Source of the DNA: an uncultured Nitrospinota bacterium
GTDB lineage: Bacteria; Tectomicrobia; Entotheonellia; J063; CAVPRW01
Direction: 5' to 3'
Length of the DNA stretch: 64,000 nucleotides
Assembly (NCBI GenBank): GCA_963707985.1
Contig: CAVPRW010000031.1
Location: forward strand, 417,081-481,080
Shown piece by piece: positions 10,017 to 21,024 of this stretch. Each line of letters begins with the position of its first letter. Position 1 is the stretch's first letter. The translations under genes were made by a program, and so were the position numbers. The notes beneath the pieces were generated by a model. That model saw nothing but the letters and a program-made list of their open reading frames with translations, was not told the DNA's origin and did not search any database.

Positions 10017-10799
10017 ATGAATCGATTGTGGATCGTTATGACGGTATTACTCTTGATGCTGCCACTCAGGGTCGATCTTACCCAGGGAGCCGACGAAGCC
10101 CCCCTCCCCCAGGACTCTACTCCCCCACCCAATCTGTCAGGTCGTCCCTCCGGACCGGAAGAGAACAACCATAAAGCCTCTTATCGCCTGGACTTCTCTG
10201 ATTATCGCGGGGGTCCGCTTGAGACATGGCTTGAATCCAAAGGCTTCAAATTCGAGGAAGCCGCAAAGAATCCCGAGGCGCTCAAACTGTCGGTGCAGGA
10301 TGGAGGACTGATCGTTGAAGCGAAAGAGCAGTTACGCGGGTTTCTGTTCAAAGACTCCATGGAAATCAAGAACTTCTCGAAAGTTAGACTCGAGTGGGGG
10401 ATTCTCAAATATCCACAGGGCGCTTCCTATGAGAACCGTATACGTAATGAAGCCTTGATGGTTTATATTTCGTTTGGTCATGAGAAAATCCCCAGCGGCC
10501 TTCTTCTTCTCCCAGATGTGCCTTATTTTATAGGTTTGTTTCTGTGTAAAGATGATCAACTCAACACACCGTATATTGGCAAATATTATCAAGAGGGGGG
10601 ACGTTTTGTCTGTTTAGCGCACGCTGAGCCGCAACAAACCATTGTTTCCGAGTTCGACCTGGTGACAGCGTTCCGAACCTATTTCGACAAGGGGGAAGTT
10701 CCTCCGATATCTGGCATCAATCTTGGGGTCGATACTTCAGACGCTGGCGACGGGGGGAAGGCAGCGGCCTATGTCAAATCTATTGAGTTCATTCCCTAA
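10017..10799 (+). CDS. Exported hypothetical protein
   Basis: Signal peptide, GGGAG RBS, 260 aa; visibly more AT-rich than its neighbours. Confidence 0.8.
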   Translation: MNRLWIVMTVLLLMLPLRVDLTQGADEAPLPQDSTPPPNLSGRPSGPEENNHKASYRLDFSDYRGGPLETWLESKGFKFEEAAKNPEALKLSVQDGGLIVEAKEQLRGFLFKDSMEIKNFSKVRLEWGILKYPQGASYENRIRNEALMVYISFGHEKIPSGLLLLPDVPYFIGLFLCKDDQLNTPYIGKYYQEGGRFVCLAHAEPQQTIVSEFDLVTAFRTYFDKGEVPPISGINLGVDTSDAGDGGKAAAYVKSIEFIP

Positions 10800-10957
10800 G
10801 CGTCTGTGACTGCTGATTTCCCTGAGCTCGGAGGGCCATTCTGAGGCAGATGTCGATGGCGGATTGAGTCCAGGCACCGCTTTCGAGTATGATAGGAGAA
10901 GATCTCTACTCATTTCTATCCTCAAAGCATAGTCTTGCGGCCACCAGGAGGACGATC

Positions 10958-12127
10958 ATGAAGTTGAGTCTGGCCTATGAAATGCAGCGGCCGACACTGG
11001 ATGACCATGCGGTCATCGACGAAACCATCGAGCAATGCGTCCTGGCTGATGAGATGGGATTCGACTACGTGTGGTTCGTGGAGCACCATTTTCTTACGGG
11101 ATTTTCGATGTCGCCCTGCCCGGAGGTCATCTTCGGCGCCTTGAGCAAACTCACGAAGCGCATTCGGTTGGGGTTCGGAGTGGTGATCCTGCCATATCAT
11201 CACCCCGTGCGGGTGGCAGAACGGGTGGCCATGGTCGATCATCTGTCTAACGGGCGTGTGGACTTCGGCACCGGCCGCTCCGCCCCCTATGAGCAGACCG
11301 GCATGGGGATCGACCCGCGTGAGACGCGCGAGATGTGGGAAGAGTCGCTGATGATGGTGCCGAAAATCTGGGAGAAGGGTTTATTCTCCTGGGAAGGCAA
11401 GTTCTGGCAAGTGCCGCCGCGTGAGGTACTGCCCAAGCCATTCCAGAATCCACATCCACCGATCTGGGTGGCGGCCATGCAACCCTCGACCTATGAGCTG
11501 GCGGCCGAGAAGGGCATTGGGGTGATGGCTCTTGGGGTGAGTGCTCCCTCCGTGCTGGCGCCCCACATCAAGGCTTATCATGAGAACGTGCGCCGGGCGA
11601 AACCCGTTGGCGCTTTCATTAATGATCAGTGGCTGAGCTCCACCATGGCCTACTGTGGCGAGGATAATAAAGCTGCCCGTGAGCTGGCCGCCAAGTCGCT
11701 CAAAACCTTCTTTGGCCCGGATCGGCCGTACCTGAAGGATCAGGTAAACATTTACGAACGCCTCATCGAACAATGGGGTGGAGTGCCCGACCACTTGAAA
11801 GCTAATTTCGCACGCTACATCAAGAAAGATGAGCTGAGCACCGGCGACGCCCCAGCAGTCGATCTCTCCGGCGGTTCGGGGGCCATCGCCCAGGCGATTT
11901 GGAATCAGCTGGATGCCGATACCCTGGCGGAGCGGGCGGTCATTGTGGCCGGCGACCCGGAAAGTTGCCTCCATGCTATCAGGCTACACGAGGCGACCGG
12001 AGTGGATCAATTACAATTCCTGATCGCCACGGAGACCATTCCCCACGCACAAGTGATGTCGTCGATCGAACTCTTCGGGAAGTACGTCATTCCTGAGCTG
12101 CGCCAGCCGAGTCGCGCCGGCACCTAG
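10958..12127 (+). CDS. LLM-class (luciferase-like) flavin-dependent oxidoreductase
   Basis: GFDYVWFVEHHF, HPVRVAERVAMVDHLSNGRVDFGTGR, PKPFQNPHPPIW; AGGAGG RBS. Confidence 0.93.
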   Translation: MKLSLAYEMQRPTLDDHAVIDETIEQCVLADEMGFDYVWFVEHHFLTGFSMSPCPEVIFGALSKLTKRIRLGFGVVILPYHHPVRVAERVAMVDHLSNGRVDFGTGRSAPYEQTGMGIDPRETREMWEESLMMVPKIWEKGLFSWEGKFWQVPPREVLPKPFQNPHPPIWVAAMQPSTYELAAEKGIGVMALGVSAPSVLAPHIKAYHENVRRAKPVGAFINDQWLSSTMAYCGEDNKAARELAAKSLKTFFGPDRPYLKDQVNIYERLIEQWGGVPDHLKANFARYIKKDELSTGDAPAVDLSGGSGAIAQAIWNQLDADTLAERAVIVAGDPESCLHAIRLHEATGVDQLQFLIATETIPHAQVMSSIELFGKYVIPELRQPSRAGT

Positions 12128-12229
12128 GCCTGCCTTGCGCCGCCTGTCGGCCCTATGCTAGTATGCGGGGTATTTCCGCGGTCCATCAGCCTTCGACGCC
12201 TGAGGAGAGGCGTATCATGAGGAGTAGCC

Positions 12230-12472
12230 ATGACTGATCTCTGGCACGAATTGCTTGTCACCGAGGAAAATGAAAAGTTGGCGGCATTTCAGCGCAAGGC
12301 CGATAGGATTGCCTTTCTGATCGTCGCGTCGGACTATGAGCGTATCGACGTCGAGATCGAGAAAGCGGAGTTGCGCGAGGAGTGCGCCCGACAGTTCCCG
12401 GACAAGCTGGAGCTGTATGACATGATCTATGAAAGCCGCTTTCAGCGCCTCTGGGAACAATTTCGCGATTGA
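12230..12472 (+). CDS. Small helical hypothetical protein
   Basis: GAGGAG RBS, 80 aa, first gene of an apparent operon with TatD. Confidence 0.75.
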   Translation: MTDLWHELLVTEENEKLAAFQRKADRIAFLIVASDYERIDVEIEKAELREECARQFPDKLELYDMIYESRFQRLWEQFRD

Positions 12473-12487
12473 GGAGTCCGCACGACG

Positions 12488-13267
12488 ATGCCGCTCATCG
12501 ATACGCATATTCACCTCACCTCGCCACGCTATACTGACCTCCCAGGCCTTGTTGTTCGTGCCCAACGCGCCGGCATCGGAGGAGTGGTGGCGGCAGCGGT
12601 AGACGAAGCCACCTCGTACCAGGTTCTGTCGATGTGCGCCGCGTTTCCCGCGTTCATCCATGGTGGACTTGGGGTGCATCCCGAGCGCTCGATCGCTGAT
12701 GACGAGAGCGAACGCGTGATCGACCTGATTCGGCGGGAACGCGCCCGGGTGGTGGCCATCGCTGAGGTAGGGCTCCCCTGGTACACGATCCGTGAACGAC
12801 TGGACCGTGAGACGCTGATTGCCGCTGCAAAGCCACGGCTCCAACGATTCTTGCAGGTGGCTCGGGAGCTCGACTTGGCTGTCGTCCTTCATGCGCCACA
12901 TGAAACCGCCGCACACGCCCTGTCCCTGCTGAGGGCAGAGCGCGTCGAGCGCGCTGTGTTCCATTGGCACAAGGCGTCACCCGAAGTGACCCGCGCCATC
13001 GTTGAAGCGGGGTATTACATCTCGGTGACCCCCGAAACCTGTTATCGCGAGCGCGATCAGGCGCTCGTCGACGCCGTTCCCCTGAATCATCTAGTGATCG
13101 AGACCGATGGACCGTGGCCGTACAACGGTGAGTTCGAGGGGCGCCCTACCGAACCTACGTTCCTCGGCCGGATCGTCGATGCGATCGCCCTGATCAAGGG
13201 GGTGGTATCGGAGCAGGTGGGGGAAATTGTCGCCACGAACACCAGGCGGTTATTTCGTTTGCCGTGA
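12488..13267 (+). CDS. TatD-family hydrolase/DNase
   Basis: IDTHIH, GVHP, AIAEVGL, VVLH, VFHW, IETDGP. Confidence 0.92.
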   Translation: MPLIDTHIHLTSPRYTDLPGLVVRAQRAGIGGVVAAAVDEATSYQVLSMCAAFPAFIHGGLGVHPERSIADDESERVIDLIRRERARVVAIAEVGLPWYTIRERLDRETLIAAAKPRLQRFLQVARELDLAVVLHAPHETAAHALSLLRAERVERAVFHWHKASPEVTRAIVEAGYYISVTPETCYRERDQALVDAVPLNHLVIETDGPWPYNGEFEGRPTEPTFLGRIVDAIALIKGVVSEQVGEIVATNTRRLFRLP

Positions 13268-13348
13268 CCAGCGGAAGGCCATCGTTCTCGCGACGTAGGC
13301 GCTGGGCTGGAGCTATATCTGTGGACGACAGCAGAGAAAGGGTCGCAC

Positions 13349-13807
13349 ATGGCGGATGCAAAAATTGCTGGGCCGTTTACCCGGATCTTGGTCGCAACGA
13401 GGGGGGCGCCCTGGTCCGATCGGGCACTGCAGTTGGGCGTGCGGATGGCAAAAGCTTATCAGCTCGAGTTGGTCATAATCGCTGTGCTGACGCCCACATA
13501 TGAGCCCCAGAAGAAGGCCGCCTGGGGGATCGGCGCGGCGTTGGAAGTGGGCACGGATGTCCGACAAGTCGCCCAGCGCGTGCTGGAGCAGGCGTCGGAC
13601 CTGGCGAAAGCGCATGGGCTTACATACGTCTGTGAAACGCGCTCAGGACGCCCGGCGGAGGAGATCATCAAGGCTGCGGAAGAGCATCAGTGTGACCTTA
13701 TTCTCATCGGCTCGCATGGCGAGAGCGGTGAGCGGCGTGTCACCATGGGCGAGACCGGCAATGTGGTGGTCCTGAAAGCGCCGATTCCCGTAATAGTGGT
13801 GAAATAG
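13349..13807 (+). CDS. Universal stress protein (UspA family)
   Basis: RILVAT, GRPAEEII...CDLILIGSHG, APIPVIVVK. Confidence 0.92.
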   Translation: MADAKIAGPFTRILVATRGAPWSDRALQLGVRMAKAYQLELVIIAVLTPTYEPQKKAAWGIGAALEVGTDVRQVAQRVLEQASDLAKAHGLTYVCETRSGRPAEEIIKAAEEHQCDLILIGSHGESGERRVTMGETGNVVVLKAPIPVIVVK

Positions 13808-13824
13808 CGCGACGGGGGAAAACG

Positions 13825-14184
13825 ATGACCGCACAACCGATCATCTTTTATCACAAAGCCACCTGAACGACGTGCCGCAAAGCAAGAAGTTTCTTGCGAG
13901 ACCTCGGAGGCCAATTGCAGGAGCGCGATCTGGGTAAAGAACCGCTGAGCGAAGACGAGATCGAAGCGTTAATTGGTAATGCCGACGTGATGGAATTCCT
14001 CAATACGCGCTCGGCCTCCTATCGACAACAGGGATTCAAGAAGCAACCACCGACCAAGACACAAGCCATCGCGCTCATGGCCCAGGATCCCAATCTCATC
14101 AAGCGCCCGATCACAGTGAAGGGTCACACGAAAGTGCTTGGCTTCGATCAGGCGCGGCTACGAGCCTTAGTGAGTTCCTCATAG
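13825..14184 (+). CDS. ArsC/Spx-family protein, probable selenoprotein (UxxC; TGA at 13864-13866)
   Basis: GGGGG RBS + ATG 13825 gives MTAQPIIFYHKAT-TGA-TTCRKARSFL, in frame with track ORF 13894..14184 (DPNLIKRP, VLGFD); hairpin 13882-13897 follows the TGA. Confidence 0.88.
13882..13897 (+). promoter_or_regulatory. Candidate bacterial SECIS hairpin
   Basis: GCAAGA-AGTT-TCTTGC; 21 nt between the TGA and the apical loop; G at loop position 2. Confidence 0.6.
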
Positions 14185-14188
14185 GGCT

Positions 14189-14965
14189 TTACCCCGCCCA
14201 GCTCTTGCGTGAGGCTTTGCTGCCCTTCAGGATGCTGGCTTTAATATAGTCTCGGTTCAAGCGCCCAATGAAATCGATGCTAATCTCCTTGGGGCACGCG
14301 GCTTCGCACTCGCCAATGTTCGTGCAGCTGCCAAAGAACTCCTGCTCGGCCCTGGCCATCATCGACAGCACCCGGTGATAGCGCTCCGGCTGCCCATGAG
14401 GCAGTAATCCAAGGTGCGAGACCTTCGCAGCTGTGAATAGCATGGCCGAAGCATTGGGGCAGGCCGCCACGCAGGCGCCACAGCCGATGCACTCCGCGGC
14501 ATCCATAGAGAGCTCGGCATCTTCTTTGGACACCGGCAGACTGTTCGCCTCAGGGGCACCGCCAGTCGATACCGAGATGAAGCCACCTGACTGAATGATC
14601 CGGTCGAACGCACTGCGGTTCACGACGAGATCCTTAATCACCGGGAAAGCCTTGGCACGCCATGGTTCAAGGTAGAGGGTATCGCCGTCCTTGAAGCTGC
14701 GCATGTGGAGCTGGCACACGGTGGTACCACGACGTGGACCATGGGCGATGCCGTTGATCACGAAGCCACACATGCCGCAGATGCCCTCGCGGCAGTCATG
14801 ATCGAAGGCGATGGGCTCCTCACCTCTGGCGATCAACCCCTCATTCACCACATCGAGCATCTCCAGGAAGGACATATCCGGACTGATATTCCTGGCCTCG
14901 TACTGCACGAAACCACCCTTGTCATGGGCGTGCTTCTGTCGCCACACATGTAACGTGAGGTTCAT
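14189..14965 (-). CDS. sdhB: Succinate dehydrogenase/fumarate reductase Fe-S subunit
   Basis: [34 protein letters not shown]. Confidence 0.96.
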   Translation of the reverse strand: MNLTLHVWRQKHAHDKGGFVQYEARNISPDMSFLEMLDVVNEGLIARGEEPIAFDHDCREGICGMCGFVINGIAHGPRRGTTVCQLHMRSFKDGDTLYLEPWRAKAFPVIKDLVVNRSAFDRIIQSGGFISVSTGGAPEANSLPVSKEDAELSMDAAECIGCGACVAACPNASAMLFTAAKVSHLGLLPHGQPERYHRVLSMMARAEQEFFGSCTNIGECEAACPKEISIDFIGRLNRDYIKASILKGSKASRKSWAG

Positions 14966-16878
14966 TACTTGTAGCTCCGCTGGGTCAGATGCGCATTCTC
15001 AAACGTCAAGGGTTCCTTGTGCAGGATCGGTTGTTTGCCGACGCCAGCGAACTCCCAGGCAGCGACGTGGCAATAGTTCAGATCGTCGCGCAGCGGCTCA
15101 CCCTCAGGGGTTTGATATTCCTCGCGGAAATGCGCGCCGCAGGATTCATTCCGTTCCAAGGCATCGATGCACATCAGCTCGGCAAATTCTAAAAAGTCTG
15201 CCACTCGCCCGGCTTTCTCCAGGGATTGATTGAGTTCTTCCTGGTCTCCGGGTACGAGAACATTGTGCCAGAACTCTTCACGCAGCTCGGGAATTCGCCG
15301 CAATGCATCCTTCAAGCCGGTAGCAGTCCGGCCCATGCCACAATGATCCCAGAGCAACTTTCCAAGCTCGCGATGGATGGAGTCGACCGTGCGTTTGCCC
15401 TTGATCCCGAGGAGCCGGCTGATTTTTTCGCGAACTTCGCCCTCCACCTCCCTAAAGGCAGCATGATTGGCATCGACCTTCGGAAACTTCGCCTGTGCCA
15501 AGTAATCGCCGATGGTGTAGGGCAGAACAAAGTAGCCATCGGCCAGGCCCTGCATCAGCGCACTCGCACCCAGGCGATTGGCGCCGTGGTCGGAGAAGTT
15601 GGCCTCACCGATGACGTACAACCCTGGAATGGTACTCATTAAGTTATAGTCGACCCATAATCCGCCCATCGTGTAATGGATCGCCGGATAGATGCGCATG
15701 GGCACCTTATAGGGGTTCTCGCCCGTGATGCGCTCATACATCTCGAACAGATTGCCGTAGCGCTCGCGGATGATTTGTTCGCCTAAGCGCTTGATCGCAT
15801 CGCCGAAGTCGAGGTATACCCCCTGGCCACCGGGCCCGACACCTCGGCCTTCATCGCACACGCGCTTGACAGCCCGGGAGGCGACGTCACGCGGCACCAG
15901 GTTGCCAAAACTCGGGTACATGCGTTCGAGAAAGTAATCGCGGCCCTCTGCCGGGATCTGCTCGGGCGACCGCGTCTCTCCCTGCTTATTCGGCACCCAG
16001 ACGCGTCCATCGTTGCGCAGCGACTCGCTCATCAGGGTCAGCTTGGACTGGTGCTCGCCGGTCACCGGAATGCATGTAGGGTGGATTTGCGTAAAGCAGG
16101 GGTTGGCATAAGCCGCCCCGCGTTTGTGCGCACGCCAGATGGCGGTGACGTTACACCCCTTGGCGTTGGTCGACAGGTAAAAGGCATTGCCATAGCCCCC
16201 GGTTCCAAGGACCACGGCATCGGCCTCGTGGGAGTCGATCTGGCCGGTCACGAGATTGCGTGTCACAATGCCACGCGCCTGGCCGTCGATGAGCACGAGG
16301 TCGAGCATCTCCGTACGAGGGTACATCTGCACCTGGCCAGCGCTGATTTGACGGGCCAGGGCCTGATAGGCTCCGAGCAAGAGTTGCTGCCCCGTTTGTC
16401 CCCGGCAGTAGAAGGTACGGGACACTTGTGCGCCGCCGAACGAACGTGTATCGAGCAATCCGGCGTATTCACGGGCAAATGGCACGCCCTGCGCCACACA
16501 CTGGTCGATGATGTGGACGCTGATCTGCGCTAAACGATAGACGTTGGCCTCGCGGGAGCGATAATCGCCCCCTTTCACCGTGTCATAGAACAGACGATAG
16601 ATGCTGTCTCCATCGTTACGATAGTTTTTGGCAGCGTTGATGCCGCCCTGCGCGGCGATGCTGTGGGCACGGCGCGGGCTATCCTGGAAGCAGAAACATT
16701 TGACCTGATAGCCCAACTCGGCCAGCGACGCAGCGGAGGCCGCGCCGGCAAGTCCTGAGCCGACGACGATGATGTTGTACCGGCGCTTGTTGGCAGGGTT
16801 GACCAGCTTCATCTCGAAGCGATGTTTCTCCCATTTCTGCTCGATTGGACCGTCAGGGATGTTGGCGCGGAGTTCCAT
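14965..16878 (-). CDS. sdhA: Succinate dehydrogenase/fumarate reductase flavoprotein
   Basis: [41 protein letters not shown]. Confidence 0.97.
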   Translation of the reverse strand: MELRANIPDGPIEQKWEKHRFEMKLVNPANKRRYNIIVVGSGLAGAASAASLAELGYQVKCFCFQDSPRRAHSIAAQGGINAAKNYRNDGDSIYRLFYDTVKGGDYRSREANVYRLAQISVHIIDQCVAQGVPFAREYAGLLDTRSFGGAQVSRTFYCRGQTGQQLLLGAYQALARQISAGQVQMYPRTEMLDLVLIDGQARGIVTRNLVTGQIDSHEADAVVLGTGGYGNAFYLSTNAKGCNVTAIWRAHKRGAAYANPCFTQIHPTCIPVTGEHQSKLTLMSESLRNDGRVWVPNKQGETRSPEQIPAEGRDYFLERMYPSFGNLVPRDVASRAVKRVCDEGRGVGPGGQGVYLDFGDAIKRLGEQIIRERYGNLFEMYERITGENPYKVPMRIYPAIHYTMGGLWVDYNLMSTIPGLYVIGEANFSDHGANRLGASALMQGLADGYFVLPYTIGDYLAQAKFPKVDANHAAFREVEGEVREKISRLLGIKGKRTVDSIHRELGKLLWDHCGMGRTATGLKDALRRIPELREEFWHNVLVPGDQEELNQSLEKAGRVADFLEFAELMCIDALERNESCGAHFREEYQTPEGEPLRDDLNYCHVAAWEFAGVGKQPILHKEPLTFENAHLTQRSYK

Positions 16879-16896
16879 GTTGTTAAACCTCCCAAC

Positions 16897-17553
16897 TCAG
16901 GAGATGAGGCCCGCCAGGACGGCCATCGGGATGGAGATGAAGCCGATGGCGATGGCCAATGTGGCCATCGCCGCGAGCCGGTGGATAATCTTGTCGCTCT
17001 TGGGGGTGATCAGGCCCAGCGTCTGGAACAGACTCCAAACCCCGTGCCACAGGTGAAATGCCAGCGCGACCATGGCGACGATGTAGAAGAGAGCAACCGG
17101 CCAGACGCGAAAACCGCTGATGACGTTGCGATACACATCGTGGAGATCAAACTGCGGATGCACGCTGCCGGTGGTGAAGTGCAGTAAATGATAGACCACG
17201 AACACGGCGATGATTGGCCCGCTCCAGCGCATGGTGCGTGCAGCGTAATCGGCCTGAATGACATCTTTATAGTGGTACCCCTCAGGCCGACTGCGCAGGC
17301 TCACACGCGTGAGCTGAACGGCAGCCACGATGTGCAAGATCACCGCCACCAGGAGCACGATGCGCACCCCCCAGAGTAACACCGCGTTGGCTTTCAGCAT
17401 CGCAGCATAGGCGTTCATCTGGTTGGCGCCGATGAACACTTGCAGGTTGCCCAGCATGTGGCCAATGACAAACCCGAAGAGGATCAGACCGGTAATGGCC
17501 ATCACCACCTTCTTGCCAATAGAGGTGTTGTAGAACGTCAGCCCCCGAGTCAT
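16897..17553 (-). CDS. sdhC: Succinate dehydrogenase cytochrome b subunit
   Basis: SIGKKVVMAITG, HMLGNL, five TM helices with His ligands; directly upstream of sdhA. Confidence 0.93.
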   Translation of the reverse strand: MTRGLTFYNTSIGKKVVMAITGLILFGFVIGHMLGNLQVFIGANQMNAYAAMLKANAVLLWGVRIVLLVAVILHIVAAVQLTRVSLRSRPEGYHYKDVIQADYAARTMRWSGPIIAVFVVYHLLHFTTGSVHPQFDLHDVYRNVISGFRVWPVALFYIVAMVALAFHLWHGVWSLFQTLGLITPKSDKIIHRLAAMATLAIAIGFISIPMAVLAGLIS

Positions 17554-17581
17554 CTCTACTCCCTCAATGATCGCCCCACAC

Positions 17582-19006
17582 TTATCCCCCCGCCGGCCCG
17601 GCCGTCAGCCCGGGTTCCGTCATCCGTCGGGGGTCGAGTAATTCCTGCAGCCGATCCTCGGGTAAGACCTGGCGCTCCTGGGCGATCTGTCGCACCGTTT
17701 TGCCGCTGGCAAAGGACTCCTTGGCGATCTGAGCGGCAGCGTCATAGCCGATTTCTGGTGCGAGGGCCGTGCACATGGCCTGACTCTGCTCGATCAATTC
17801 CGCACAGCGCTCGCGGTTAGCCTGAATCCCACTGATGCAGCGCTCAGCGAAGTTCGCTGCCGCCGTGCCCAGGATCTGGATCGACTCCAAGAGATTGGAG
17901 GCCATCACCGGCATCATGGTATTCAGGTCCAATACCCCCCATTGCGCACCTAAAGTCACGACGGTATCGTTGCCGATCACTTGCGCCGCCACCTGGATTA
18001 CCGACTCGGCGATCACCGGATTGACCTTCCCCGGCATGATCGAGGAGCCCGGTTGTAACTCGGGCAGCATCAGCTCACCGATGCCACAGCGCGGTCCAGA
18101 CCCCATCCAGCGGAGATCGTTGGCAATTTTCATCAGACTCACCGCCACGGTTTTCAAGACTCCACTGGTTTCGACCAGTGCATCCTGCGCCCCCTCGGCT
18201 TCGAAATGATTCTCCGCCTCGCGGAATTCGACACCGGTGAGCTCGCTAAGGCGAGCGATGACGCGCTTGGGAAACTCCGGGTGGGCGTTGAGCCCGGTCC
18301 CAACCGCCGTCCCTCCCAGGGCCAGCTCAGCGAGAGATGCACGCGTGCTCTCGACGCGGCGGATGCCCAGCTCTACCTGTCGTGCATAGCCGCTGAACTC
18401 CTGGCCGAGACGGATTGGCGTGGCGTCCATGAGGTGGGTGCGACCGATCTTCATGACCTCGTCGAATTCCCTGGCTTTGGCTGCCAGGGCTTTGTGGAGC
18501 GTGCGGAGGGCTGGTAGCAGATGGGTCTCGATGCGTTCTCGGGCCGCGACATGGATGGCAGTAGGGATAACATCGTTACTGGATTGGCAGATATTGACGT
18601 GATCGTTGGGGTGGATCATGCGGCTACCGCGCGTCCCACCGGCAAGCTCAGTGGCACGATTGGCGATGACCTCATTAGCATTCATGTTGGTTGACGTACC
18701 CGACCCCGTCTGATAGATGTCGATGGCGAAATCGGCATCGCATTTGCCGTCGATCACCTCCTGGGCTGCCCGGACGATTGGTTTGGCCAGGCGCTCCTCA
18801 AGGAGCCCTAACTCTCGGTTCACCTCTGTCGCGGCCTTCTTGATAAGGCCGATGGCGCGGATAAATTCCCGCGGGAAGCGCCGCTGGCTGATCGGAAAGT
18901 TATCGATCGCCCGCTGGGTTTGCGCCCCATAATACGCGTGCTGGGGCACTTTAACCTCGCCCATCGAGTCTTTTTCAAGGCGGAACTGCTGCTCAGCGGA
19001 TGCCAT
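17582..19006 (-). CDS. fumC: Class II fumarate hydratase
   Basis: QTGSGTSTNMNANEV, GRTHLMDA, GSSIMPGKVNP. Confidence 0.95.
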   Translation of the reverse strand: MASAEQQFRLEKDSMGEVKVPQHAYYGAQTQRAIDNFPISQRRFPREFIRAIGLIKKAATEVNRELGLLEERLAKPIVRAAQEVIDGKCDADFAIDIYQTGSGTSTNMNANEVIANRATELAGGTRGSRMIHPNDHVNICQSSNDVIPTAIHVAARERIETHLLPALRTLHKALAAKAREFDEVMKIGRTHLMDATPIRLGQEFSGYARQVELGIRRVESTRASLAELALGGTAVGTGLNAHPEFPKRVIARLSELTGVEFREAENHFEAEGAQDALVETSGVLKTVAVSLMKIANDLRWMGSGPRCGIGELMLPELQPGSSIMPGKVNPVIAESVIQVAAQVIGNDTVVTLGAQWGVLDLNTMMPVMASNLLESIQILGTAAANFAERCISGIQANRERCAELIEQSQAMCTALAPEIGYDAAAQIAKESFASGKTVRQIAQERQVLPEDRLQELLDPRRMTEPGLTAGPAGG

Positions 19007-19130
19007 TGCCTTCGCCCTCTCTTTAGACTATGTAATATACCCAAGTATACCACAGTGGTCACCTCGCCCCCCGGAGCCCCGACCTCGACCAGCCAAACGT
19101 TTGTCTAGTGCAGTCGCACACCTGTAGAGC

Positions 19131-19472
19131 CTACGGAGGCCAGCGGAGAGGACGACCACCCATCAGGTGGAAATGGACATGAAAAATGACCTGCCCGCCG
19201 CCGTGGTTGACGTTCACCACCAGGCGATAACCGCTGTCGGCAATGCCGCGCTCGCGTGCCAACCGATTGGCCACAAAGGGGAGGCTCGTCAGCCACACCG
19301 TATCATCAGGCTCGATGTCCAGAAGGGTTGGCACGTGCCGTTTCGGCATGATGAGGAGGTGGACTGGCGTACGGGGATGAATATCCTCAATGGCCAGTAG
19401 GACGTCATCCTCGTAGACCTTGGCGCCTGGCTTGAGGTTGGCGATGATATCGCAAAAGATACATTCAGCCAT
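19131..19472 (-). CDS. Histidine triad (HIT/HinT) protein
   Basis: CIFC, DIHP, GQVIFHVHFHLMGGR. Confidence 0.93.
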   Translation of the reverse strand: MAECIFCDIIANLKPGAKVYEDDVLLAIEDIHPRTPVHLLIMPKRHVPTLLDIEPDDTVWLTSLPFVANRLARERGIADSGYRLVVNVNHGGGQVIFHVHFHLMGGRPLRWPP

Positions 19473-19493
19473 CAAGCTACCCAACAAACCTGT

Positions 19494-20723
19494 TCATCGC
19501 TTGCGAGGAGGCTTGGAGTCCTTGCTAGCCGGTGGTTTGTCCCACCGCGCCAGCGCGTCGCGTAGCTGTCTTTCGGCTTCCTGATCGCCTAGTTGACGGA
19601 CGACCGTGAGCGCTTGTTGGTAGTGTGCCACCGCCCCCTTGGTGTTACCCATCTCGCCATACATATTGCCAAGATCGCTCAACACCAGCCACTCGTGTTC
19701 ACGCAGCTTGGCTTCCCTGGCAGCCTTCAGCGCTTGCTGATAATATTGTGTAGCCTTCTCATAGTCCTTGGCGCTGCGGTAGGCTGCCGCTGTATGCTCC
19801 AGGGCGCTCACTTGTGCTGCACGTAGCCCCGCCCGCTGGGCAACCTTGAAGGCGTCTTGATAGCGTGTGACCGCCTCTGTCGTGTCGCCTTGCTTCACCG
19901 CCAGGCGGCCCAGATCGTCCAGGACACGCCATTCTCCGTGGCCATCGCTGATATCACGATATGTGCCTAACGCGGCTTGATACTGCACGGCGGCCCGCTG
20001 GAAATTCCCCAATTGCTCATAGGCATACCCTGACGTGGCCAATTTCTCGGCGACGAGCCCGCGATCGCCCAAGGCACGAGCCAGCTGGACAATCTCTTCG
20101 CTGTATCGTGCGACCTCAGCGTATTCGGCCAACGCCGCGTAATCAGCCTCAAGTTCCTGCAGGGCAGCCAACGCAAGGCTTTGATCTTCGAGGCCGCGAG
20201 CCAGCTCCAGGGCGCGCTGAATGTAAGGCACGGCCTGCGCTGGGGCCCCATTGGTCTTTTGTGAAAAACCCAGGCCATAGAGCGCACGCCACTGGCCAGC
20301 ACGGTCCTGCCGCTCCTCCTCCAGTGCAAGCAATGACTCATAGATCGGGATCGCCTGAAGGGGTTGCTGCAGCATGTTGTAGGTTTCAGCAATCGCCGCC
20401 AATTGCACAGCTTGAGCCGAGCCGTCACCCAGGTCGAGCGCAACGTTCAGGCCTTGCTGAAAGTGTTCGAGGGCTGGTTGGAATTGGTCCTGTTCCAGAT
20501 AAATCCGCCCCATGCGGTCAAGGATCTTCCATTCACGGCCGCGCTCGCCGATCTCCCGAATCTGTGTCAGCGCTTGCTCAAATTTCTGTAACGCCTGCTC
20601 GGAATGACCCTGAAGCCACAGCCCCTCGGCGTCGGCGGTGAGGCGCTCGATGTTGACAAGCGCTGCCTGTCCAGCATAAATCGCTGTGCCAAGTACCCAC
20701 AGCGTGCCCAGGAGCCCTCCCAC
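19494..20723 (-). CDS. TPR-repeat protein, probably exported
   Basis: Repeated ~40-aa helical units (LG.....G...A...YQQAL); start uncertain. Confidence 0.85.
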   Translation of the reverse strand: MGGLLGTLWVLGTAIYAGQAALVNIERLTADAEGLWLQGHSEQALQKFEQALTQIREIGERGREWKILDRMGRIYLEQDQFQPALEHFQQGLNVALDLGDGSAQAVQLAAIAETYNMLQQPLQAIPIYESLLALEEERQDRAGQWRALYGLGFSQKTNGAPAQAVPYIQRALELARGLEDQSLALAALQELEADYAALAEYAEVARYSEEIVQLARALGDRGLVAEKLATSGYAYEQLGNFQRAAVQYQAALGTYRDISDGHGEWRVLDDLGRLAVKQGDTTEAVTRYQDAFKVAQRAGLRAAQVSALEHTAAAYRSAKDYEKATQYYQQALKAAREAKLREHEWLVLSDLGNMYGEMGNTKGAVAHYQQALTVVRQLGDQEAERQLRDALARWDKPPASKDSKPPRKR

Positions 20724-21024
20724 GTGTCATGCTCCACTTGCTCGCCCGCATCGGTCCTCCCCGGCTGGCAAGGCTCAGAGTCGATCACCTCAGACTTCGA
20801 GAAACGCGGCAGTACTGTAGCGTCAAATCGACGCCCTGTCAACTTTTGTCAAGCGGGTACAGAGACTCCCACACTGGTGATCGACGAGGGCTGTGAGCCG
20901 CGCTCGTCGCCAGGGTACCGGCCCCAGGATCAGCGAGATCATATGCCAAGTTCCGGTCTCCTTCGGTGTTCAAGGAGAATATGGGCTACCTGCCCTCCGC
21001 CAACCGGCTCCCGAAGCACCCGGC

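Noticed and set aside
9707..10800. tRNA-anchored genomic island or prophage
   Set aside because: No integrase, phage genes or duplicated tRNA 3' end visible in the window.
13894..14184. Track ORF starting at TTG 13894
   Set aside because: It lacks an RBS and the N-terminal redox motif; ATG 13825 with TGA read-through fits better.
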